28,237 nt of DNA from Gammaproteobacteria bacterium (GCA_027858635.1 JAQICG010000192.1:1-28237); one strand, 5' to 3'; numbered from the stretch's first letter, positions 10,177 through 18,992 are shown. The notes: generated by a model from the letters alone, not told the origin. Numbers and translations: made by a program.

Positions 10177-11658
10177 TCAGGAAGAGCAGCTTACTGAAAT
10201 TTTCTGCGCCCACTCGGGCGGGTGGCCGGCGTAATGTTCTAACGGGGTATGTTCATCAAACGGACTTTTCAGCAGTTCCAGCAGCACATCGATTTCAGAA
10301 TAGTGCTGTTCATCAAGGGCTTTTCTGATCGCAATTTCCACCATGTAATTTCTTAAGATGTATTTCGGATTCACCAGCCGCATTCTGCGGCTGCGTTCTG
10401 CGCCATCAATATTTTCTTCCGCGATACGTTGTTCATATTTTTCCAGCCAGCCATCAAAGGCTTCGCGCTGGATAAACAGATCGCGGAGATTGTTTGTATA
10501 ATCATCACCGGGCAGCTGGGACAGTCGGCGGAACAGCAGCGTGTAGTCCACCTGGTTGTCGTGCATCAGCGCCAGCAGTTCTGAGCATAAAGCCTGATCG
10601 CCCTTTCGCTCTTCATACAGGCCGAGTTTTTCACGCATCAAGGCGGAGTAACGTTCGACATAATAGTGGCGATATTTTTTCAGCTCGCTTTTGGCTTTTT
10701 CCACGGCACGGTCCGGGTCATCATCCAGCAGCGGTAACAGGGCCTGCGCCAAACAGCTGACATTAAATAGGCCGATGTCAGGCTGTTGGTCAAAGGCGTA
10801 TCGGCCCTGATGGTCGGAGTGGTTGCAGATGAAATCGCGGTTGTACTGGTCGAGAAAACCATAAGGGCCGTAGTCCAGCGTCAGGCCCAGAATCGACATG
10901 TTGTCGGTGTTCATCACGCCATGCGCAAAACCCACCGCCTGCCACTGCGCGATCAGTTCAGCAGTGGATTTAATGGCTTCACTCAGTAGGGCAAGATAGG
11001 GTTCATCACGTTTTGCGAAATCAGGATGATGCTGTGCAATAACATGGTCGGCCAGCTGCCTGAGTTCATCAAAGCGCTGGTTGTAATACAGGTATTCAAA
11101 CGAGCCAAAGCGCACATGGCTGGGTGCCATGCGCAGCAGCATCGCGCCGGTCTCAATCTGCTCGCGATAAACTTCATGGTCGCTGCCGAGAATACAGAGT
11201 GCGCGCGTCGTCGGTATGCCCAGCCCGTGCATGGCTTCGCTGCACAAATATTCGCGAATGGTCGAGCGCAACACCGCACGGCCATCACTGCCGCGCGAGT
11301 AAAGCGTCGGCCCGCCGCCCTTCACCTGCAAATCCCATTTCTCACCCGAATCGGTTTTGACCTCACCCAGAAGAATGGCTCGGCCATCACCCAGGCGCGG
11401 TACATACTGGCCAAACTGATGACCGGCGTAGCACATCGCCAGCGGATCAAAACCATCGAGATGTCCAGCACCACTGATGATGTCTGCAAAATCTTCTCGC
11501 TTCGATTCCTCAGGGTCGAGTTCAATCAGCTCAGCCGCGTCGGCATTGAAGCTGATGAGGTGCTGGTTGCTGAGGGGGATTGTCGTGTGGCGGCTGTAAA
11601 ATATTTCGGGCAGACGGCTGTAGCTGTTTTCGAACTTCAGTTCTTCAAGTTTTTTCAT
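10177..11658 (-). CDS. selO: Protein adenylyltransferase SelO/YdiU
   Basis: YAGHQFG, LGDGRAILLGE, LQVKGGGPTLYSRGSDGRAVLRSTIREYL, HGVMNTDNMS, DYGPYGF, NPKYILRNY and C-terminal SCSS. Confidence 0.95.
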   Translation of the reverse strand: MKKLEELKFENSYSRLPEIFYSRHTTIPLSNQHLISFNADAAELIELDPEESKREDFADIISGAGHLDGFDPLAMCYAGHQFGQYVPRLGDGRAILLGEVKTDSGEKWDLQVKGGGPTLYSRGSDGRAVLRSTIREYLCSEAMHGLGIPTTRALCILGSDHEVYREQIETGAMLLRMAPSHVRFGSFEYLYYNQRFDELRQLADHVIAQHHPDFAKRDEPYLALLSEAIKSTAELIAQWQAVGFAHGVMNTDNMSILGLTLDYGPYGFLDQYNRDFICNHSDHQGRYAFDQQPDIGLFNVSCLAQALLPLLDDDPDRAVEKAKSELKKYRHYYVERYSALMREKLGLYEERKGDQALCSELLALMHDNQVDYTLLFRRLSQLPGDDYTNNLRDLFIQREAFDGWLEKYEQRIAEENIDGAERSRRMRLVNPKYILRNYMVEIAIRKALDEQHYSEIDVLLELLKSPFDEHTPLEHYAGHPPEWAQKISVSCSS

Positions 11659-11884
11659 GTGGCCATTGTGGACGGAAACCGGCTGTCATCAACCGGATAT
11701 TCATGTGGAATTGGTGTTGTTTTTACAATAGTGGTGACTGATTTTTCGTCATTAAGTTCGAGCAGTTACAGGGTAGGCGGATTTTCGGTGCCAGCGCTGT
11801 GAAGTCTGACGTAATGCCCATGAACGCCACCGGTTTTTCTCAGCGTACCGAAGAGGCTGAATCAGAGGAGAGGCTTAAGCCGTT

Positions 11885-12228
11885 TTAAAACACCTGTACC
11901 TTATCGGCATTGATAGTCTGTTCGGCAAGTTCTTTCATGGTGCTGCGCCGGGCGCCTTCGATGATCTCTTCATCAGTAACGCCGCGCGCGTCCATGCAGG
12001 TGCCGCAGAGCAGTACCGTACCGTTACGCAATACCGCCTTGAGCATCAGCTCGATGCTATAAAAACCTTTTGGCACTTTCTGGTCGTGTTTGCGCAGCTC
12101 ACGCCATCAGCTATTAAAAATACGGTGACGCTGGCATCGGCGGCAATCAGCGCCTTGGCCAGGCGCAGGCCGTTATAACTGCGCTCGTTACCATAGGGAG
12201 GTTCATTGATGATGATCAGGGTGTTCAT
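11885..12228 (-). pseudogene. DsrE/DsrF-like (YchN-type) protein with a -1 frameshift
   Basis: N-half IIINEPPYGNERSYNGLRLA..VFLIADGV and C-half PKGFYSIELML..LCGTCMDARG..ADKVQVF. Adding one base to the TTT run at 12089-12091 joins them into 114 aa. GGAG precedes ATG 12228. Confidence 0.85.
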
Positions 12229-12357
12229 AGTCATTCTCCGTCATGTCTGCTTCAGTCAGTTTTTATCAAGTTGCTGCAGTATCTATAACATGTATCTCAT
12301 TGAGTAAACACGCCGTATAAACGGGGGAGTCACCGGGAAATATATACAGGTTTCATT

Positions 12358-13581
12358 TCAACGGGTTTCAAAAGCAGGGCTGGACTGGAGTCGATGCCGT
12401 TTCAGCCACCACAGGATGACCACCAGGGTGATCAAAATCGGCAGGAGCGCGCTCAGATTGAGCAGCGACCAGCCGAGGTAATGCACCAGCACCCCGGATA
12501 GCAGTGAGCTGGTCACTACCGTGCCGTAAACGATCAGATCATTCACCCCCTGGGTGATGCCGCGCTCGGTGGGGGTGTGGGTGAGCGTCAGCAGGTCGCT
12601 GCCGCCAACAAAAAGAAAATTCCAGCCGACGCCGAGTAGTACCAGTGCCAGCCAGTAATGAGACAGGGTCTGTCCGACAGCCGCAGTCAGGACCGAAATC
12701 ACCAGTAACACGCAACCCGTAAGCAGGATTTTGCCCAGTCCAAAACGGGTGATCAGGAAACCGGTGAAGAAGGAGGGAGCGAACATGCCCAGTACATGCC
12801 ACTGCATGATGAAGGAAATATCGGACATGGCGAAACCGGCGGCGCGCATGCCCAGCGGGGTGGCGCTCATCAGCATCACCATGACTGCATAGGCGACGGC
12901 ACCGGCCAGCACGGCAACCCTGAAGTCGAGCTGAGCGGTGATGGCACGCAGGGGGCGGTGCGGCAGATCCGCGCCCGGTTCGCGGCTGGGTGGTACACGT
13001 AACATGCTCAGCAACAGCATCGCCAGCACAGACAATGCGGTGATGACGGCGTAGGGGCCTGCGTTCGGTACTGCAGGTAGCAGGTCCAGCGTGGCGCTGG
13101 CGTTCCACGGGCCGAGAAAGGCGGCAATCACACCGCCGGCCAGCACCAGCGAGATGGCGCGGCTGTGCCACTGCGGGCGCACCACATCGACCGCCGCAAA
13201 ACGGTAATACATAGCAAAGCCCTGGTAGATTCCTAGTAGCAGACTGGCGAAGCAGAACAGCCAGAAGGAGGCGTTGGCGATGGCCAGCACACTGAGCGCG
13301 CCGCCGAGAAAGCCACCAAGGCTGGTGCCCAGCAGGAACCCGGTTCGCCGCCCGAACCGCTGCATGAACAGGGAAGCCGGCAGCGTTGACATCAGCGTGC
13401 CTAGCATCATCGCTGAAATGGGCAACGTGGCCAGCATTGAATCGGGCGCCAGTTCGCGTCCCACCAACCCGCTCAGGGTCATCACCGTGATCGCGGTGAT
13501 ATTGAACAGTGACTGGGCGATGGCCAGCAGCGCGATGTTGAAGCGTTCGCGCGGGAAGGCATTTGCTGGTGTTATGGGCAT
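12358..13581 (-). CDS. MFS transporter
   Basis: About 12 hydrophobic segments, MQRFGRRTGF loop, YRFAAVD, QWHVLGMFAPSFFTG and GWNFLFVGGS. Confidence 0.92.
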   Translation of the reverse strand: MPITPANAFPRERFNIALLAIAQSLFNITAITVMTLSGLVGRELAPDSMLATLPISAMMLGTLMSTLPASLFMQRFGRRTGFLLGTSLGGFLGGALSVLAIANASFWLFCFASLLLGIYQGFAMYYRFAAVDVVRPQWHSRAISLVLAGGVIAAFLGPWNASATLDLLPAVPNAGPYAVITALSVLAMLLLSMLRVPPSREPGADLPHRPLRAITAQLDFRVAVLAGAVAYAVMVMLMSATPLGMRAAGFAMSDISFIMQWHVLGMFAPSFFTGFLITRFGLGKILLTGCVLLVISVLTAAVGQTLSHYWLALVLLGVGWNFLFVGGSDLLTLTHTPTERGITQGVNDLIVYGTVVTSSLLSGVLVHYLGWSLLNLSALLPILITLVVILWWLKRHRLQSSPAFETR

Positions 13582-13665
13582 TCTGGTTTCCGTCTGGAGT
13601 TGGTAGCATCGGGCGCGCAGTTTTCTGTGCGCCGCGCCGGCGTTATTATTGCACAGGTTTTGTGC

Positions 13666-14469
13666 TTATTTATCGGCATCGCCCGTGTTCTGTTGCCTAT
13701 TGCTGATGAAACCCTTGATGCGCAGCAGATCCCCGTCCAGCGCTGGCTGACCGTGCCACCACTGGTAATCCGGGGACTGGTGGAAGGCGCCGAGATAGAC
13801 GTTGCGCAGGTGTTTTTTCGTCTGTTGCATGAGGCCGGTGAGCTCGGCATCGGCCGGTGCCTGATGTTCATTGGCATACTCACCAACCAGCTGCCGGGCC
13901 TCGCGAACTTTCATCCGGGCAATCTCGATCATGCTCACGGCATTGTCATTGAGCCGGTTAATGTAACTGATGCCATGGCAATCAAGGCAGCTGCCGGCAA
14001 TGCGATCCATGTCCGTCTCTGCCGGCTTGAGCGGTTTGGCTTTTGCGGTTAAATGATTGCCATAGTGAAAATGGCAATAGGCGCAGCCCGGCGCCCGGTA
14101 GTTGGCTTCGCGTAGCGGCTGGTTCCAGTCATAATTTTTCTGCTCCAGCTGCATGATAATGCCGTGCTTGGAGGTGGCGTAACTGTGCACCACCGGCGAT
14201 GTGCCGCCGCCGTGGCAGTCAACGCAGCTATCATTGCGCCGACTGCGAGCCGCCGCCCCCTGGTGATCACGGCCATGACAGCTGGTGCAGAGCGCCACCG
14301 GTTTGGTGGAGGCGTGAACGCTCTGTTGCCAGTCGGCCACCAGTGTGGGCTCGGTGGACTGGTGACAGGTGATGCACTCTTCGTGGCTGAAATCCCCCTG
14401 TACGGCCTCCCGGCTTTCTGCGTAGGAGAATGGCAGCAGACAGGTCAGCAGAAATAATGGGCGCAGCAT
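13666..14469 (-). CDS. Periplasmic pentaheme cytochrome c, truncated HAO-family paralog
   Basis: Signal peptide; five CxxCH (CITCH, CTSCH, CVDCH, CAYCH, CLDCH); SKHG, DW..PL...NY.AP.CAYCH and GAFHQSPDYQWWHG. TGATG overlap with the upstream gene. Confidence 0.88.
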   Translation of the reverse strand: MLRPLFLLTCLLPFSYAESREAVQGDFSHEECITCHQSTEPTLVADWQQSVHASTKPVALCTSCHGRDHQGAAARSRRNDSCVDCHGGGTSPVVHSYATSKHGIIMQLEQKNYDWNQPLREANYRAPGCAYCHFHYGNHLTAKAKPLKPAETDMDRIAGSCLDCHGISYINRLNDNAVSMIEIARMKVREARQLVGEYANEHQAPADAELTGLMQQTKKHLRNVYLGAFHQSPDYQWWHGQPALDGDLLRIKGFISNRQQNTGDADK

Positions 14470-15806
14470 CAGTTATGCTCCCGGTTGTATTCGGTGTATT
14501 CGCCTTTCAACCAGATGTTTTCCGGATCGGTTTTATCCGCCTCGGTTTTGCCGGCGGCGCGGATGTTTGTGACTTTCCGCCTGATATCCTCAAGCTGTTG
14601 ATCCATGGCCTTATGGCCCTTGTTGATGAACGAAACATCGCCATGCGCCGAGCCTTTATAAGCACCGAGGTTACTGAAATACCACATATCAAAATAGTCA
14701 CGCTCGATCGGCGAGACGTTATAAAAAGCCGAAGCCTGACCTTCAAAGAAGCCGATGCGCTCGCGTTGCAGCAAGGTATGCGCGTCATCACCGGGATAGG
14801 GCGGGCGCTGATGAATCGAGGGCGACAGCAGATCATCGGAGCGCAGGCCTTTTAACAGGGCTTCGGCTTCATCCAGTTTGCTCCACGCCTGCTTGCGTTC
14901 CCGGTCCATGGCGCTCAGTTGTTGTGCCGACCACTCGGCTTCGTGGCAATCGCTGCACAGTTCGATCCACTGCTGGCGTTTGACGACATTGCCGGAACTG
15001 AGCGGGTTGATCTGCTTGATGCCGAATTTCCAGATGGACTTGTCCGCCACCTGATGCTTGCCTTCGCTCATGTGACAGTAGGCGCAGGTGGGTGCAGGAT
15101 AATTGCCTTTCTGCAGGGGTTTGGACCAGTCCCAGTCCTGGCCCTCATTCAGATAAAGCTGGCCGTGGGCGGAGTTGAAATAGGTCTCATCGTCCGGGTG
15201 CGGCGGGCCGCTGTGGCAGGTGATGCAGGCTTCCGGCCGGCGCGCTTCGGCGGCGCTGAATTTGTGCCGGCTGTGGCAGGAGTCGCATTTGGTCGCCACC
15301 GAATGGCATTGCAAACAGGCGGTAACTTCGGCCTTGGGTTTATCGACAAAATGTTTGGCGTCCAGCGCCCGCTCCATGGCCAGGGCGTGGCTGGGAAAGC
15401 CGTAGCGTTTTTCATCCATGAACTGATCGTGCTGGGTGGCATGGCAGGTGGCGCAAATATCCGGCGTCGGCAGGTGCAGGTTCTGATGGTCACTGCCGTG
15501 GCAGGCGCTGCAATAGACTTTGGGTTCGGCCTGCGCATGGCGTGAAGCCTGCCAGTCCTTGACGATGCCGGGGCTCATATCACGATGGCAGGCGACACAC
15601 TCTTCGCCCTCGAATTCACCCACTACCGTATCCACCGACTGGTAAAAATCATCCGGATTCCAGTAGCCGAAAACCGCTTCCGGCAACCAGTCGCGTGAAT
15701 ACAGGCCGGCGCCGTCGCCGCTCTTGCTCCAGTCTACATACCAGAAACCGGCGGGAATCAGGATGCTGAGGATGAGCAGGGTGATCCAGATATAGGCCAG
15801 ACGCAT
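14469..15806 (-). CDS. Octaheme cytochrome c of the hydroxylamine oxidoreductase (HAO) structural family, N-terminally membrane anchored
   Basis: Eight CxxCH (CVACH, CSACH, CATCH, CLQCH, CDSCH, CITCH, CAYCH, CSDCH) and the family signature CDSCHSRHKFSAAEARRPEACITCH..Y..S.HG. Hydrophobic N-terminus. Confidence 0.9.
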   Translation of the reverse strand: MRLAYIWITLLILSILIPAGFWYVDWSKSGDGAGLYSRDWLPEAVFGYWNPDDFYQSVDTVVGEFEGEECVACHRDMSPGIVKDWQASRHAQAEPKVYCSACHGSDHQNLHLPTPDICATCHATQHDQFMDEKRYGFPSHALAMERALDAKHFVDKPKAEVTACLQCHSVATKCDSCHSRHKFSAAEARRPEACITCHSGPPHPDDETYFNSAHGQLYLNEGQDWDWSKPLQKGNYPAPTCAYCHMSEGKHQVADKSIWKFGIKQINPLSSGNVVKRQQWIELCSDCHEAEWSAQQLSAMDRERKQAWSKLDEAEALLKGLRSDDLLSPSIHQRPPYPGDDAHTLLQRERIGFFEGQASAFYNVSPIERDYFDMWYFSNLGAYKGSAHGDVSFINKGHKAMDQQLEDIRRKVTNIRAAGKTEADKTDPENIWLKGEYTEYNREHN

Positions 15807-15808
15807 GG

Positions 15809-16555
15809 TTATTTCAATCCTGTGTGGTGTTTTTTATTGTGGCCGATGCGCCAGCGTAGCAGGCCGATGAATACCAGTAGTAGAAAGGGCCCCAGCGCCA
15901 GCGCTATCGACTTAAACCAGCTGCTGTGCACAGTCGGCGCGGGCGCGAGCCGGGGTTCGGCTAATGCGGTGCCGGCCGCATGTCCGGTTTGCAGATAAAG
16001 CTGGATCTGCATCAGGCTGTCCGCCGAAGGCGCGTCGTAACGCATGATCTGCATGTTGCGCTGCATGCGTTTGATAACCTCTGACCATTCGCTGACGCTG
16101 TGCTGAGCCGGGTCCGGCAGGGCATGGCAGGCGCTGCAATGTTGCGTAAAGGTACTCGCGCCCAGTCCCTCGGGTGTGGTGCTCAGGGGGTGCAGGCTGT
16201 GGCGATTTAGATAATCGACCAGCTGCCGGTATTCGGCTGGCGTCGGCATCTTGACGTTGCCCAGCAGGCCGCCAAAGCGGTTGGCCACCGCCATCAGGGT
16301 GTTCATTCGCTCCAGCACCTCTGGCCACTCTTCAAGGGTATGCCGACCCGGCCCCGGCAGTTCATGGCACTGCGTGCAGTAATTCTGTAATGCCAGCGCA
16401 CCGGCACTTTCCGCCTCCGGCAGTTGCGCAAGCGGCATCCCCGGCGGCATCACTTCCGGGTAGAGCGCGCACATATCCAGCCCGCCAAAGCTGTGGCTGG
16501 CCTGCGCTGCCGTGGCGGTCATGCTCAGCAACATAATTAGCGACAGCTTTCGCAT
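15809..16555 (-). CDS. Diheme cytochrome c with signal peptide and C-terminal membrane anchor
   Basis: Two repeats of CxxCHxLPxPxxHxxxEWxxVxxRM (CTQCH, CSACH), an AQA signal-peptidase site and a C-terminal TM (IALALGPFLLLVFIGLL) followed by a basic tail. Confidence 0.88.
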   Translation of the reverse strand: MRKLSLIMLLSMTATAAQASHSFGGLDMCALYPEVMPPGMPLAQLPEAESAGALALQNYCTQCHELPGPGRHTLEEWPEVLERMNTLMAVANRFGGLLGNVKMPTPAEYRQLVDYLNRHSLHPLSTTPEGLGASTFTQHCSACHALPDPAQHSVSEWSEVIKRMQRNMQIMRYDAPSADSLMQIQLYLQTGHAAGTALAEPRLAPAPTVHSSWFKSIALALGPFLLLVFIGLLRWRIGHNKKHHTGLK

Positions 16556-18981
16556 GCTGCGGCACTGCTGGTCGCATCGGCCACGGTGACCGGGCCGGTG
16601 AGAGCGTGAGGGGATTTGAATGCAGTTTTGAATTTAGGGGCCCATTGTCGCCAGGGCTGAAAATCTTTGAGTATGGCCTCGGCGGCGCGGCGACCGGCTG
16701 AAATAGCCGTCACCACCAGTTCCGGCCCCAGCGTGTTATCGCCGCCGGCATAGATCTGCGGATGGCGGGTGCGGCCATGAGTATCGACATGGATAGCGCC
16801 TACAGAATCGGTGGTGACGCCCAGTCGCCCCATCCAGTCATCGGCCTGTGTGACCTGGCCCACCGCCAGAATGAGCTGGTCGCAGGTGATACAGGGGCGA
16901 TCATCGCCGGTGGTTTTGAACTGCACCGCCACCACCTGCTGCTTGCCGATGACATGAATCGGGCTGTGTTCGAACTGAAAAACAACACCTTCATCGCATG
17001 CCGTCTGCTGCTCTTTCGGCGAGGCGCGCATCGCCTGTGCAGCGCCGCGATAGGCCAGCGTGACTTTGGCTGCACCCTGACGGATAGCGGCGCGAGCGCA
17101 GTCCATGGCGCTGTCGCCACCGCCGATCACCAGCACTTCTTTATTGGTGAGGGCGCTGCTGTCCATCTGTTGATTGACTGCGGCCAGATAAGTAATGGCA
17201 TCGGTGACGCCGGCCAGATTTTGATTCGGCAGATTCAGATCGCGGGAGGTCTGCGCCCCCGTCGCCAGAAACAGCGCGTCGTGATCGAGCAGTAGCTGTT
17301 GCAGTCGGGGCTCATCGACATCCGTACCCAGATGAAAAACCACGCCCTGTTGCAGCAACTGCTGCTGACGGCGCTCCAGCAGGTTCCGATCCAGCTTGAA
17401 GGTCGGCACGCCCGAGGCCAGCAGGCCGCCGATGCGATCCAGTCGATCATAAACATTCACTCTGAGGCCGATGCGGCTGAGTTCATCGGCGCAGGTCAGC
17501 CCCGCCGGGCCGGCACCGATGATGGCCACGCTGCGGTGTTGATGCTGTTTTGAAGGCGTGTCCTGCTGATGTGGTCGCCAGCCACGCTTGAAGGCCTCGG
17601 TGACCAGAAAGCGCTCAGCCGCGCCGATGGTGACCGCGCCGCCAGGTTCTTTGGCCTTGGTGCAGGCGCCTTCGCATAAGCGGTGTTGCGGGCACAGCGT
17701 GCCACAGATTTCCGGGAAGTTGCTGGTGCTGTGGGCCAGCTCTGCCGCCTGTTCGATGTTGCCTTTGGCCAGTGCTTCCAGCCACTCCGGGATACGGTTT
17801 TGCAGCGGGCAGGCATTGATGCAGCTGGGCATGCCGCAGTCCAGACAGCGGCTGGCCTGAGCCTGGATCTCGGCCAGCGTTGGCGACAGCGTAATCTCTG
17901 CCCAATCCTGAACGCGCTGTTCAGCCGTGCGAACTGGCGCTTCCTCGCGCATCACCGGCGCCACCGTTTTGCGTTTCATCAGGTGGCTGGCATTCTGCAC
18001 CAGCGACTTATTGAACAGGTTGCGCACATCGCGAATCTCCAGCGCATCAGTCGGGCAGGAGACCACACAACGGGCGCAGCCCATGCAATCTTCCAGCCCG
18101 GTGATCTGGCCACTGGCCCTGCCCTGAGTCCAAACCGGGATGCCCATGTCGCATACCTGTTCGCAGCGCTGGCAGTCGATGCATTTATCCTGATCCATTT
18201 TGACGCGAAAAAACCCGGCATGGTTGAGCAGGCCGAAAGTGGCGCCGTAGGGGCAGAGATAGCGGCAGTAGAAGCGGTTGCCGACCAGCGGCGCAATATA
18301 GAAGCTGCCGAAGTAGGTGAGCGCCACCATGGCATAAAAGCCGCCGACGAAACTCACCGTCCACGAGCTGGGCGGGAACTGAGTGACAATCATGACGCCG
18401 ACATAATAGATGAAGAAAAACCATTTGCTGTGGCGCAGCGCCCGGCCCCAGCTGGAGCGCACGGTGCGGTCACGAAAGGCGAAACCGACAGTTTCGCGGA
18501 TGCCGACACAGGGGCAGTTGAAGCCGCAGATGATGCGCCGTCCGAACAGAAACACCAGACCGAGAATCAGGAAAAAGCTCACCGTACCCGGCACATGCAG
18601 GGAAGGGAATACCGGCTGCGACCAGAGGAAACCCACATAGGGTTCGTAGAAGGGGTAGAGCCAGGGCACCAGCCACCAGAACGCGGTGACCATGCCGACC
18701 AGAATGATCAGGCGTTTGCGGGTATAGCTGTTTTTCTCGGCAACGATGCGCCAGATGCCAAAGCCCAGAATAATGCCGTATTCAGTATAGCGATTCAGCC
18801 AGATGGGGTTCTCAAACCACATCAGCCAGGTTTCGTTGAGCCAGCCGACGAACGCCAGCGTGAAGGCGGCCATGCTGAGCAACTGGATAGCGATGCTGTA
18901 ACGTGCGGGCATCAGATCCTGGGTGTTCGCCGAGTTCGATCGCGGCATGTGGTAAACAGGATAGTCGTTGCTCATAGCCAT
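16537..18981 (-). CDS. Fusion of a NapH/MauN-like membrane polyferredoxin and a GltD-like FAD/NAD(P)H Fe-S oxidoreductase
   Basis: About 6 TM segments, two CxxxCP motifs (CGFNCP, CRYLCP), two ferredoxin-type 4Fe-4S motifs (CIDCQRCEQVC, CMGCARCVVSCP), then CLDCGMPSCINACP, ICGTLCP...CEGAC, GAGPAG, GGGDSAMD and YAGGD. Start placed at ATG 18981 (GGAG 8 nt upstream); the ORF track starts at 18987. Confidence 0.92.
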   Translation of the reverse strand: MAMSNDYPVYHMPRSNSANTQDLMPARYSIAIQLLSMAAFTLAFVGWLNETWLMWFENPIWLNRYTEYGIILGFGIWRIVAEKNSYTRKRLIILVGMVTAFWWLVPWLYPFYEPYVGFLWSQPVFPSLHVPGTVSFFLILGLVFLFGRRIICGFNCPCVGIRETVGFAFRDRTVRSSWGRALRHSKWFFFIYYVGVMIVTQFPPSSWTVSFVGGFYAMVALTYFGSFYIAPLVGNRFYCRYLCPYGATFGLLNHAGFFRVKMDQDKCIDCQRCEQVCDMGIPVWTQGRASGQITGLEDCMGCARCVVSCPTDALEIRDVRNLFNKSLVQNASHLMKRKTVAPVMREEAPVRTAEQRVQDWAEITLSPTLAEIQAQASRCLDCGMPSCINACPLQNRIPEWLEALAKGNIEQAAELAHSTSNFPEICGTLCPQHRLCEGACTKAKEPGGAVTIGAAERFLVTEAFKRGWRPHQQDTPSKQHQHRSVAIIGAGPAGLTCADELSRIGLRVNVYDRLDRIGGLLASGVPTFKLDRNLLERRQQQLLQQGVVFHLGTDVDEPRLQQLLLDHDALFLATGAQTSRDLNLPNQNLAGVTDAITYLAAVNQQMDSSALTNKEVLVIGGGDSAMDCARAAIRQGAAKVTLAYRGAAQAMRASPKEQQTACDEGVVFQFEHSPIHVIGKQQVVAVQFKTTGDDRPCITCDQLILAVGQVTQADDWMGRLGVTTDSVGAIHVDTHGRTRHPQIYAGGDNTLGPELVVTAISAGRRAAEAILKDFQPWRQWAPKFKTAFKSPHALTGPVTVADATSSAAACESCR

Positions 18982-18992
18982 AATCAATGCTC

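Noticed and set aside
11659-11884. Possible riboswitch upstream of selO (GCTGAGA as in TPP)
   Set aside because: The remaining TPP consensus elements are absent, and I found no other recognisable RNA motif.
12539-13609. 356-aa alternative-frame ORF overlapping the MFS gene
   Set aside because: Arg/Ala/Pro-rich off-frame composition; the MFS frame explains the region.
14469-15806. Annotation as nitrifier or anammox hydroxylamine oxidoreductase (hao)
   Set aside because: The crosslinking Tyr segment and catalytic Asp are not evident, and there is no cycA/cycB or amo context.
16537-16555. C-terminal CESC motif on the fusion protein
   Set aside because: It is not CxxCH and lies in the overlap with the next gene's start, so it is probably incidental.
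16537-18981. Annotation as glutamate synthase small subunit (gltD) or dsrL
   Set aside because: There is no gltB or dsr operon here, and the N-terminal third is a membrane NapH-like domain.
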